Source of the DNA: an uncultured Candidatus Saccharibacteria bacterium
GTDB lineage: Bacteria > Patescibacteriota > Minisyncoccia > Phycocordibacterales > CAIZIN01
Direction of reading: 5' to 3'
NCBI GenBank assembly: GCA_964483025.1
Contig: CAYZZT010000003.1
Span: 1 to 39,014 of the forward strand
Length of the DNA: 39,014 nt
Position numbers and translations under genes: made by a program. Numbering within the stretch: position 1 is the stretch's first letter; every line of letters begins with the position of its first letter. The notes beneath the pieces were generated by a model, which saw nothing but the letters and a program-made list of their open reading frames with translations, did not search any database and had not been told where the DNA came from. Positions 1 through 7,860 of the stretch are shown here, piece after piece.

Positions 1-145
1 TTAATTAATTTCTAATTTCTTAATTCTACTGTCCTACTTCAAAGGTTTCCAGTTCTACTTCTGGGTGAACTAACAGGTCTCAAAGCCTGTGTCTGTACAA
101 ACAATCTGCTACGGCCCGCCGGAAACAGAACAAACAAAATAATAA

Positions 146-808
146 ATGAAAACAAGAACAATGCCCGCGTTTATGGTCCGCCAAAACGCTATGACGAACG
201 AAGAGTGGATAATGACGATAGAGACTCTGGCTGATGCAATCAGGCCACATATGAATAACCTGACTTTGAAGTCATTGGTTGATGTACGAATTATCTTCGA
301 TGATTACGGCCGTCATTCACTGGAAAAATATCGTATGGGTACCTACAACATCTGTTATGATCCTGGATGCACAGTGATGGTTCGTGCAATATACCCACCT
401 GAAGATGATCGTATCTCTGTTAATGACTTTAGATATTCAGATGATGACATAGAACCAAAAATGCCTATTAGTCAAGTTCAAAGATTGTGGGGTTTTTCAA
501 AAACAGGTCAGTGGCTCAGGATTGAAGTTCGGAGTGATATCACCAATGAGGTTGTACCTCCGCACATCAATAGGCGTTGTACGCCAAAATTTGTTAGTAT
601 TATGTGCGCTGAGCTCAATGATGCATTCTGGAAATTCACCAGCCTTACTCCGAAGAAGTTCTACTATTTGTTTGCCGCGTCTATCAAGATACTTTTAGAC
701 AAACGCAGGGAAATTCTGAGTGAAGTACTTGAATTGGATACTTTTATGCGTCAAATTGAATTTCGACTTGCCGAGTTTCCTGATAGTGCTTCCAAGTTTG
801 GAGAATAG
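146..808 (+). CDS. hypothetical protein (220 aa)
   Basis: Long ORF followed by a terminator-like hairpin; no recognisable motif. Confidence 0.65.
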   Translation: MKTRTMPAFMVRQNAMTNEEWIMTIETLADAIRPHMNNLTLKSLVDVRIIFDDYGRHSLEKYRMGTYNICYDPGCTVMVRAIYPPEDDRISVNDFRYSDDDIEPKMPISQVQRLWGFSKTGQWLRIEVRSDITNEVVPPHINRRCTPKFVSIMCAELNDAFWKFTSLTPKKFYYLFAASIKILLDKRREILSEVLELDTFMRQIEFRLAEFPDSASKFGE

Positions 809-819
809 TTTGCAACACC

Positions 820-848
820 ACACCTTAGCGAAAGCTCGGGTGTTTTTT
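820..848 (+). terminator. putative intrinsic terminator
   Basis: Imperfect hairpin ACACC-TTAGCGAAAGCTCG-GGTGT followed by a T run, between convergent genes. Confidence 0.5.
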
Positions 849-853
849 ATATT

Positions 854-1287
854 CTATTGCTTTTTTTGAATATTTTTAGCATCTTTAAATATTAACTTAA
901 ATATATTTTCAACTGAGCCACATTCATCCCCATAGCGTAGCTCAGGGGATGAATGCGGAGAGTGGAAAGGGGGTCGGGGAAAACTCTAGTTTTCCCCGTG
1001 GAGGAGAGCAGACGAAGTCGTTGAGAACCGAGAGGGTCTCAAAAATGAAGATTCCTCGACAGTTTGCTGCGAGGAGCTTCATTTAATTTTGGATTAATCT
1101 TTTTTTCTGAACTTAATTTTTTAAGTTTATTTAATATGAATATTTCTCTCTCTTTTTGGTCTATGGGTATTCCTTCTTTCTTTTTATATTTTCCAACGGA
1201 AGGCATATATGATTGTCTTTTGATAATCATATCTATAATTTTGATATCAATCTTGTCGATATTTGCTCTAATCGATTTTAGGTTCAT
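854..1287 (-). pseudogene. type II (AroQ-like) chorismate mutase interrupted by a 170-bp insertion
   Basis: 1287-1084 encodes MNLKSIRANIDKID...RE...INPKL; 913-854 encodes VENIFKLIFKDAKNIQKKQ-stop, the expected last helix. Joined they give an 87-aa CM_2-like protein. Confidence 0.8.
914..1083. mobile_element. non-autonomous palindromic insertion (IS200/IS605 end-like miniature element)
   Basis: GC-rich 170 bp inside an AT-rich gene; subterminal hairpins CATTCATCCCC..GGGGATGAATG and GAAGATTCCTCG..CGAGGAGCTTC, internal GGGGAAAACT..AGTTTTCCCC; no ORF, no obvious target duplication. Confidence 0.7.
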
Positions 1288-1954
1288 TTGTTATTATTTG
1301 GCCGGGCCTTTTAATAATTAATTGAGGATCTGGTGCTTCTTGTTCCAAATTGTTTACTATCTTTTCGGCAACAGATTCAACAGACATAAATTCATCAAAA
1401 TTTTCAGGTTTGGTTTTATTAAATAAGTCACTTTTAAATCCACCCGGATATACTCCAACAACTGATATATTTGTATCTTTTAATTCATCTCGAATACAAT
1501 TCGTCAATCCTCTTATTGCATATTTACTTGAAACATATGCGCTTCCGCTTGAACCATTCATTCCATCAAAAGCTGTGGTTGAGCAAATATTAACGATTGT
1601 GCCGTATTTCTGCTCTTTCATTTGTCTTATAGCTACTCTCATACCAAAAAAAGTTCCAAAGAAATTTGTTTGAAAAAGATCTTGAACTTCATTTGCGCTA
1701 AAATTCTCTATTGGTTTTTTTGGTAGCCATACTCCTGCATTATTTATCCAAATATCAACCTTTCCATATTTATTTATTACTTCATTCATTAAATTAGATA
1801 AGTCCTCTTCGCGAGTAACATCCGCCTTTATTCCGGGAGATTCTATTTGTCGCCCCGAGGATATAACCGTAGCTCCTTTTGCCGTAAGCATGTCAGCCAT
1901 TGTTTTTCCAAGCCCTTTTCCGGCCCCAGTTATGATAATTATTTTATCTTTCAT
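1268..1954 (-). CDS. short-chain dehydrogenase/reductase (SDR)
   Basis: TGAGKGLG Rossmann motif, INNAG, catalytic YVSSK. Confidence 0.93.
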   Translation of the reverse strand: MKDKIIIITGAGKGLGKTMADMLTAKGATVISSGRQIESPGIKADVTREEDLSNLMNEVINKYGKVDIWINNAGVWLPKKPIENFSANEVQDLFQTNFFGTFFGMRVAIRQMKEQKYGTIVNICSTTAFDGMNGSSGSAYVSSKYAIRGLTNCIRDELKDTNISVVGVYPGGFKSDLFNKTKPENFDEFMSVESVAEKIVNNLEQEAPDPQLIIKRPGQIITNEPKID

Positions 1955-2078
1955 TAGGGTATTTTAACAGAAGGGAAGAAAGAAAGCACGAAGAAAAAAG
2001 CAATAGTATTGTCTATGATACTATTGGACTCCGAAGACCTTGCCTTGGTTGGAAGGAGATTGAGATAGTGGAGGTGTT

Positions 2079-2675
2079 TTATATTCCAAAATTCTCGTTC
2101 ATTTTTTGAACGAAATATGTACGAGCAGATTCATCTTGTATGCATCCGCCAACATATTTTTTATCCCAAGCTCGAGAAAGTAGTTGTTCTTTGATTTTTT
2201 CTGGCTGATCAAATAATTCACCAATATCAATAAGTACAATCTCGGCATTATTATTTAGTCCATAATTTTTGGTTATATTGAAACTCTTGTCTATTATTCC
2301 TCTTTCCAAAAGCTGTTTATTGAAAATAATAAACTTATCAATAATTTTTTTTATTTCTGACGTATCAGAGTTAGAAAATATTTCATGTAATGGTTGAACT
2401 TTATCTTGTTCAAAATCCAGTGTGTTAAGAAATTTAGGATTACCTAACCATTCTTTCGGAATATCTTTTCTCTTCAAAGCTTCAAATGAAGCTAAAGCCT
2501 TCTTTTTCATACTTCTTGAAAAATCAGGAATTATCATGAGTGGGTCATCTTTAAATGGGAAAATGGTCTTCAGTATAACCCAGTATGATTTTATAGGATT
2601 ATGAAATTTCTTGAGAACACGACCGTTATTTAAATCATAAACACTATATTGCCATCCTTCGCCAATTTTTTTCAT
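2079..2675 (-). CDS. hypothetical protein, minimal protein-kinase-like fold
   Basis: IGEGWQYSVY Gly-loop-like start, VLKK, D..N (DKSFNITKN) and LIDIG (DFG-like); start overlaps the upstream stop. Confidence 0.55.
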   Translation of the reverse strand: MKKIGEGWQYSVYDLNNGRVLKKFHNPIKSYWVILKTIFPFKDDPLMIIPDFSRSMKKKALASFEALKRKDIPKEWLGNPKFLNTLDFEQDKVQPLHEIFSNSDTSEIKKIIDKFIIFNKQLLERGIIDKSFNITKNYGLNNNAEIVLIDIGELFDQPEKIKEQLLSRAWDKKYVGGCIQDESARTYFVQKMNENFGI

Positions 2676-3217
2676 AATAATTTAAACTTATCGAAATTAT
2701 ATTTCCAGCCGGGTTGCCATTTGAAATGGGTTGAGGTCAACTGCTCGTAAGGAACTCCGTTTATTAAATTTTCAATTCCGTATTGAGTTGCTCGGTGTCC
2801 GATAATCATCACTCGCTTTCCGTCATAGTTTTTTAACAAATCTTCAAGAAAAGATTTCATTCGAATCTTTGTTTGTTCGTAACTTTCTCCGTTTGGGAAA
2901 GGAGTGTGTATTCTCTTTGGTTTCTCTTCGTCGACTTCTTCACTTGGATGTTGAGTCAAATCGCCATAGTCGCATTCACGAAGTCTGGCATCTTTAATTA
3001 TTTGCCACTTGTCTCCAAAACCAATTTCTGCACTTTTGTAAGCACGTTGTAAATCTGAACAGAAAATCGTGTCAAAGTTATCGTCTTTGTATCTTTCTCC
3101 CATTTCTCTTGATTGTTGCTCGCCAAGGGGCGAAAGGGGAATATCATTATGACCTGAAGCAAGGTGTGCTTCATTATCAAATGTTGTTCCATGCGCTTCG
3201 AAGATTAATGTGATCAT
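2672..3217 (-). CDS. histidine phosphatase family protein (phosphoglycerate mutase-like)
   Basis: AHGTT (RHG variant), SDLQRA, LRECDYG, PNGES, IIGH; start placed at ATG 3217. Confidence 0.88.
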   Translation of the reverse strand: MITLIFEAHGTTFDNEAHLASGHNDIPLSPLGEQQSREMGERYKDDNFDTIFCSDLQRAYKSAEIGFGDKWQIIKDARLRECDYGDLTQHPSEEVDEEKPKRIHTPFPNGESYEQTKIRMKSFLEDLLKNYDGKRVMIIGHRATQYGIENLINGVPYEQLTSTHFKWQPGWKYNFDKFKLL

Positions 3218-3288
3218 GAAGGTATTATATATTAAAAGGGGGAGGAAGGGGAGGGCGGACTTTCGTATAAGTATATAAATAAATAAAT

Positions 3289-3322
3289 AAAAAATCTCCG
3301 GCACTTTTGGGGGTGCCGGAGA
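3289..3322 (-). terminator. intrinsic terminator of 3349-3711
   Basis: 10-bp stem TCTCCGGCAC/GTGCCGGAGA, T run on the minus strand. Confidence 0.7.
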
Positions 3323-3348
3323 GAATATTTTTGTGAACTTCTACGGGT

Positions 3349-3711
3349 TCACGAGGTGGGGGATGATTTGGGGAATGGTTTGGGGTTGAAGATTGATGGT
3401 ATTGTGAGTATAACTGCCCAAAACCAGATCAAAACTCCGCTTCCACAGACCACGGTTGATATCGTCTCGCCAAACCTTGGCAGTATAAACCACGAGGCCA
3501 CATAAATGACGAGGCCTATGATCGCCAGAGTTGCAGTGGTCTTCCGTTCAAATGAGAGCACGGTTCCGCTGACGACGAACAGTAGGGTGATGATTGGTGA
3601 GAACGGGGCGAATACATAGGAAATGAAACATAGCACCGCGAGCAACATCGTCACGAAGAGAGCGAGACTAAGTGTTTCGCCCAGATTACGAATACAGTTT
3701 GGAATGAACAT
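3349..3711 (-). CDS. small multi-pass membrane protein
   Basis: About 4 hydrophobic segments; own consensus promoter and terminator. Confidence 0.7.
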   Translation of the reverse strand: MFIPNCIRNLGETLSLALFVTMLLAVLCFISYVFAPFSPIITLLFVVSGTVLSFERKTTATLAIIGLVIYVASWFILPRFGETISTVVCGSGVLIWFWAVILTIPSIFNPKPFPKSSPTS

Positions 3712-3746
3712 AGTGGTTATTTGGTTGGTAGTTTGAGTCCTTATAT

Positions 3747-3775
3747 ATTATAGCATGTTACATAATTAATGTCAA
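3747..3775 (-). promoter_or_regulatory. consensus sigma70 promoter
   Basis: TTGACA-17 bp-TATAAT with extended TGn, 36 bp upstream of ORF 3711. Confidence 0.8.
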
Positions 3776-3795
3776 ATGCTATAGGCGAAAGTATA

Positions 3796-4065
3796 TTTTG
3801 GGGGAGGTTGAACCTCCGGAGATTTAAAGGAACAAGGAAGTAATGATTTTGAAGGAGGTTAAACCTCCAGAGATTGGAAGTTTGGATTTTGGGGGAGGTT
3901 GAACCTCCGGAGATTTTTTGGGGGAGGTTGAACCTCCGGAGATTTAAAGGAACAAGGAAGTAATGATTTTGAAGGAGGTTAAACCTCCAGAGATTGGAAG
4001 TTTGGATTTTGGGGGAGGTTGAACCTCCGGAGATTTTTTGGGGGAGGTTGAACCTCCGGAGATTT
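3796..4065. repeat. 120-bp tandem repeat (2.25 copies) built of 7 REP-like palindromes GGAGGTT(G/A)AACCTCC
   Basis: Exact 120-bp period; palindromes start at 3803, 3854, 3894, 3923, 3974, 4014, 4043. Confidence 0.95.
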
Positions 4066-4084
4066 TTTTGAGCGTAAAAAATAG

Positions 4085-4660
4085 TTATCCGGCCAATTCA
4101 AATTGAGTATAGCCCTTATCTATCAAGTGTGAAAACACGGGCACTAGTACTGAAAGAACTTTTGTGTTCGCATCCTGTACATCATTAAAGAACTTCTCAT
4201 CAGCTCTATGGCCAACTCTTGTGCCATCTCCCACAAGCTCGTTCATACGATCACTAAGTATGCTATTTGCTTCGCTTCGTACTTCCAACTTTTGTTTCAA
4301 ATCATCGATATCTATCTTGCACTCAATTAACGCTTTCATTATGTCCTTATTGAAATCGTTTCTGGTACCATTGTAATATTTTTCAGAATGTATACCTTCC
4401 TTGATAGACTTGGCATAAGCCTCATCGCTTACTCGCTCTAATGTTCTTATTGGTGTATTGTCTTTTTCTTCAGAATCATATTTCCACAACAATCGTGCTA
4501 CCCTCAAAGGGAAATTATTAAGATCCCATTTAAAGTCTCGGTACGACTCCTTTTCATCTTCGGTCCAATCAGCATATGATTTTTCGATTGGAAAAGCACT
4601 AAATCTAGTTTCGTAGCTAGATTGAATTTTTTCTGGATTGGCTATTATTTTAGGATTCAT
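4085..4660 (-). CDS. hypothetical protein (191 aa, charged helical)
   Basis: Long ORF, no motif recognised. Confidence 0.7.
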   Translation of the reverse strand: MNPKIIANPEKIQSSYETRFSAFPIEKSYADWTEDEKESYRDFKWDLNNFPLRVARLLWKYDSEEKDNTPIRTLERVSDEAYAKSIKEGIHSEKYYNGTRNDFNKDIMKALIECKIDIDDLKQKLEVRSEANSILSDRMNELVGDGTRVGHRADEKFFNDVQDANTKVLSVLVPVFSHLIDKGYTQFELAG

Positions 4661-4791
4661 ATATGTAGTTTATCATTATTAAGATTTTAGACCAGTTGAT
4701 TTGGGGAGGACCGACTTCCGTAGAAACTTCTTTAAGAAGAAAACCCGCCGCAACTTTCATTGCTAAGCGGGCTTATGGGTTTTGACACACT

Positions 4792-5217
4792 CTATTCTTC
4801 GTCTTCGTACTGACACTGACAGAACTCTGGTAGATGTCCGCAGATTGAACATCTCTCATTGGCATGTTCGAGCCACAAGGGAATTTCTTCTTCCTCGGGG
4901 CCGGGCAGTCCCATTTGTGGAACTTCGAGCTTGTAGTCATCTTCGTCCGAAGTGCAGGTGCACCTCGAACCAATATGTCCACAATCTCGACATGAATCTT
5001 CATATGGATATTTGTCCGATAGATCCTCGTAGCAATCGAAATGTTTCATTCTTTCACTTTCGAGTGCTTCCATCTGCTGGTAATACTCTTCCGGTAACAG
5101 TTGATCGTCCGCCGATTGACGTAACTTTTCATCTGCAATGGTGGAGTACCACTTTTCGATCTGCTTATTCAACTTGTAATTTCTGTAACTCTGAACTAAC
5201 CTTTCAATAATAGACAT
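4792..5217 (-). CDS. acidic hypothetical protein with two CxxCGHxxxxCxC motifs
   Basis: CRDCGHIGSRCTC and CSICGHLPEFCQC; AAGGA SD upstream; hairpin downstream at ~4744-4772. Confidence 0.65.
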   Translation of the reverse strand: MSIIERLVQSYRNYKLNKQIEKWYSTIADEKLRQSADDQLLPEEYYQQMEALESERMKHFDCYEDLSDKYPYEDSCRDCGHIGSRCTCTSDEDDYKLEVPQMGLPGPEEEEIPLWLEHANERCSICGHLPEFCQCQYEDEE

Positions 5218-5392
5218 AATATTCCTTTGTTTTTACCGACGGGATTGCCGATAATTAGGAATACTCACTCTTTCTTGCACCCTTGGGAGGTGTGGGAGAA
5301 TGCTAGCTCGGTTGCCGCCGTACCCAGTAATGGCAACTTTGTCTTCCTCAAACCGCGGGAAGTAGGCTAGATAACATGGCAAACCTTTTGTA

Positions 5393-5421
5393 ATTATAGC
5401 ATACCACACAATTAATGTCAA
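5393..5421 (-). promoter_or_regulatory. consensus sigma70 promoter (second copy of the 3747-3795 block)
   Basis: TTGACA-17 bp-TATAAT with TGn; shares AATTAATGTCAAATGCTATAGGCGAAAGTATAT with 3764-3796. Confidence 0.8.
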
Positions 5422-5523
5422 ATGCTATAGGCGAAAGTATATATTTAAAGCCATATTTTGGAATTTTAGAGGGGTGGGACTTGGAACGTGAGATTAATGC
5501 GGGACTTGGGCTCGGGATAGAAA

Positions 5524-5808
5524 TTAAGTATGCTTTAAAAATCCAATTAAGTAAGCAATGGCAAACACTAGAGAAAGTATTTTCACAAGTAAGATACCAC
5601 CCTTTTTGCCTAAGTAAATATAACCAATTCCAAAAAAACCAATCAATATTGGTAACATCATCACAATGAAAACTTTAATGAAAGGAAGCAGACCATAGGA
5701 AAACTTTTTATCAAACATATTAAAATAGCTCATTGACGCAAAGAACAGCACAATGCTAAATAAACATATAAAACCTCCAATTAATCTTTGTTTTTTATAA
5801 ATTTCCAT
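5524..5808 (-). CDS. small membrane protein (about 3 TM)
   Basis: Hydrophobic ORF of 94 aa. Confidence 0.6.
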   Translation of the reverse strand: MEIYKKQRLIGGFICLFSIVLFFASMSYFNMFDKKFSYGLLPFIKVFIVMMLPILIGFFGIGYIYLGKKGGILLVKILSLVFAIAYLIGFLKHT

Positions 5809-5831
5809 ATTTCAAATATTATTATATTATT

Positions 5832-6138
5832 CTGCTCTCGATCAGGAAATCTTTTCCATTACATGGATCGTATAGGTTTCGTATCGTACTCACTTTATTC
5901 CGTGGAATATACTTAACCTTTTTGAGTCCTTGTCAAAGTTTTGCTTTGAGTAGTAAAATCTTCCTCGATAATTCTTGCTGCCGATCAGGGAACCTCTATC
6001 CTTACAGGAGCTCTACACTTTTCGTATTTTTTCAAATGATTACATTTTCAAAAATATACTCAAAGTTTTCGAGTCCCTGCTTAAGTGCTTCAAGCACTTA
6101 AGGCAGAAAAATGCTTCGCTTTTGCTGCCGATCAGGGA
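5832..6138. repeat. degenerate ~145-bp tandem units anchored on tRNA-Gln 3'-end copies (att-like)
   Basis: TTGCTGCCGATCAGGGA is exact at 5975-5991 and 6122-6138 and degenerate at ~5832-5847; the units share TTTCGTAT, AATATACT, TTTYGAGTCCYTG. Confidence 0.7.
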
Positions 6139-6195
6139 CTCGAACCCCAATAACATCCTTCAGAGGGATGTGTCCTACCATTAGACGAATCGGCA
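6125..6195 (-). tRNA. tRNA-Gln(CTG)
   Basis: Acceptor TGCCGAT/ATCGGCA, anticodon arm CATCC-CTCTGAA-GGATG, T loop TTCGAGT; CCA not encoded. Confidence 0.93.
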
Positions 6196-6463
6196 ATGTA
6201 AGCACATCATACTAGAAAAATGACTTTTTTCAAGGGTAGATTAATTGATAACCAGTAAAAAATAATTAATAACACAGAACATGGATTCTCGCCTTCGCAA
6301 GAATGACAGATACAAAAACAGCGATTTTTTCTTCGGGAAAATCGCTGTTTTGTTTTTGAATTATAAACTGGATTCTATTCCTAATTCATAATTCTTAATT
6401 CCTAATTCTGTTTCCCTCTGATCTGAACCGCCCGTGCTGTCACACTTCCATCTGCATATTTTT

Positions 6464-6979
6464 TTACTGATTGTCGTGGCCATGTAATTTTTTTTCTTTA
6501 TTGATTTCGTACTGAGCTTCTTTTGCTAATTCTAGGAAAGTCTCTAATTCACTATAATTTAGCCTTCTTGCTTTGTAGTCCTTTATACAAAATACTCCAA
6601 CAGGTAGGCCTGTTTGTTTATGATATAAATTTATTCCCGCATAAAATCTAATTGGATGCTGGGCTTTTACATGGGGGTTATCATAAAAATTTAAGTCTTT
6701 AAAAGTGTCTTCTATAATAAAAATATCACTTGCAAGAAGCGCGTGCCCGCAAAAAGAGATATCTCTAGGGGATTGTTTGATATTTATTCCTTTAAAAGAT
6801 TTAAACCATTCTCTGTCTTTGTCAATTATTGTTATTGTAGAAATTGGGACTTTAAGTTCTTCAGTAGCTGTTCGTGTAATTTTATCAAAACGTTCTTCTG
6901 GTTTAGTATCTAGAATATCTAACGACCTTATTATCTTTAGCCTGTCTTCCTCTTGTGGATGTAAGGAAGGTCGTTTCAT
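6464..6979 (-). CDS. stand-alone GAF domain protein
   Basis: E..RL...LDILDT.PEERFDKIT, RDISFCGHA, IRFYAG, GVFCIKD. Confidence 0.9.
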   Translation of the reverse strand: MKRPSLHPQEEDRLKIIRSLDILDTKPEERFDKITRTATEELKVPISTITIIDKDREWFKSFKGINIKQSPRDISFCGHALLASDIFIIEDTFKDLNFYDNPHVKAQHPIRFYAGINLYHKQTGLPVGVFCIKDYKARRLNYSELETFLELAKEAQYEINKEKKLHGHDNQ

Positions 6980-7064
6980 ACCTTAAGTTTGTGCTTAATG
7001 AAAAGGAATGTCAAGACCTAATCAAGTATAAAATATGGAGCATTTGATATGGTGGCTTATAGCC

Positions 7065-7709
7065 TTAATTTTTGCAAACGACCACTAGATTTCGTGGGTT
7101 TACCCCTGTAATGTCTATTGGAATGATCCCTTTGATTTTTAGCTGTTCTCCAATCAAGATCCGTTTTGCCATATCTAGCTCTTCTTTGTTTTCATTTTTC
7201 ATAGCAATTATAACTCCATTTTTGTGAATAAAAGGGATACAGAGTTTTATGAGCTCGGGTAGGGCAGTTACCGCGCGGGCTGTAACTACATCAAATTTTT
7301 GATTGAAGTTTTTGTCGAGAGAAAGTTTTTCTGCTCTTTCGTTTATTGTTTTTGCATTTGAAAGATTTAGTAGTCCTATGCCTTTTTCAATGAAAGAAAC
7401 TTTTTTGCCAATAGATTCTACCATTGTGACTTTTATATCTGGTCGAGCTATCGTAATAGGGAGTCCTGGAAATCCAGCACCGGAACCAATGTCTATTATA
7501 CTTTTTGTATTTTCCGGTATAGCTTTAAGGAGGGTGAGTGAGTCTAGGAAATGTTTAAGGTAGACTCCATCAATATCTCTTATTGCTGTGAGATTTATAA
7601 CTTTATTTGTTTCAAGCAAAAAATCTGCAAGTTTGGCAAATTGATCAAGCTGTTGCTCGCTCAATTCAATCCCCGCATATTCTTTTGCTAATTCCTTGAA
7701 ATTATCCAT
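7065..7709 (-). CDS. rsmG: 16S rRNA m7G527 methyltransferase
   Basis: NLTAIR, KHFLDSL, DIGSGAGFPG, RAE, VTARAV. Confidence 0.96.
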   Translation of the reverse strand: MDNFKELAKEYAGIELSEQQLDQFAKLADFLLETNKVINLTAIRDIDGVYLKHFLDSLTLLKAIPENTKSIIDIGSGAGFPGLPITIARPDIKVTMVESIGKKVSFIEKGIGLLNLSNAKTINERAEKLSLDKNFNQKFDVVTARAVTALPELIKLCIPFIHKNGVIIAMKNENKEELDMAKRILIGEQLKIKGIIPIDITGVNPRNLVVVCKN

Positions 7710-7745
7710 TAGAAGATTCTAGCATAAAATCAAATCAATAACACT

Positions 7746-7797
7746 TTTCCTCTACAATATAATTATACCGGCCGGTATAATTATATTGTAGAGGAAA
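7746..7797. repeat. perfect 52-bp palindrome with no loop
   Basis: TTTCCTCTACAATATAATTATACCGG|CCGGTATAATTATATTGTAGAGGAAA between divergent genes. Confidence 0.95.
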
Positions 7798-7860
7798 GTC
7801 AGTAAAGCTGTGGTTCTTAAAATTGGTACATAGGTGCTATTTGTGATAGATTGGAAGCTA

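Noticed and set aside
1064-1673. Plus-strand ORFs of 85 and 107 aa, and similar shadow ORFs opposite rnj, the ABC binding protein, nrdJ, murJ and lepA
   Set aside because: Antisense shadows of well-supported genes with no motifs
3796-4065. CRISPR array
   Set aside because: The intervening sequences are themselves repeated exactly, spacing is irregular (29-51 bp) and there are no cas genes; it is a tandem REP-like array
4782-5210. 142-aa plus-strand ORF
   Set aside because: The opposite-strand ORF has the promoter, SD, repeated Cys motif and terminator
6377-6408. TAATTC(C/T/A) heptamer runs (also 1-30, 24382-24413, 34677-34707) as coding or CRISPR features
   Set aside because: Short simple-sequence arrays, probably remnants of repeat-element arms; no ORF or spacers
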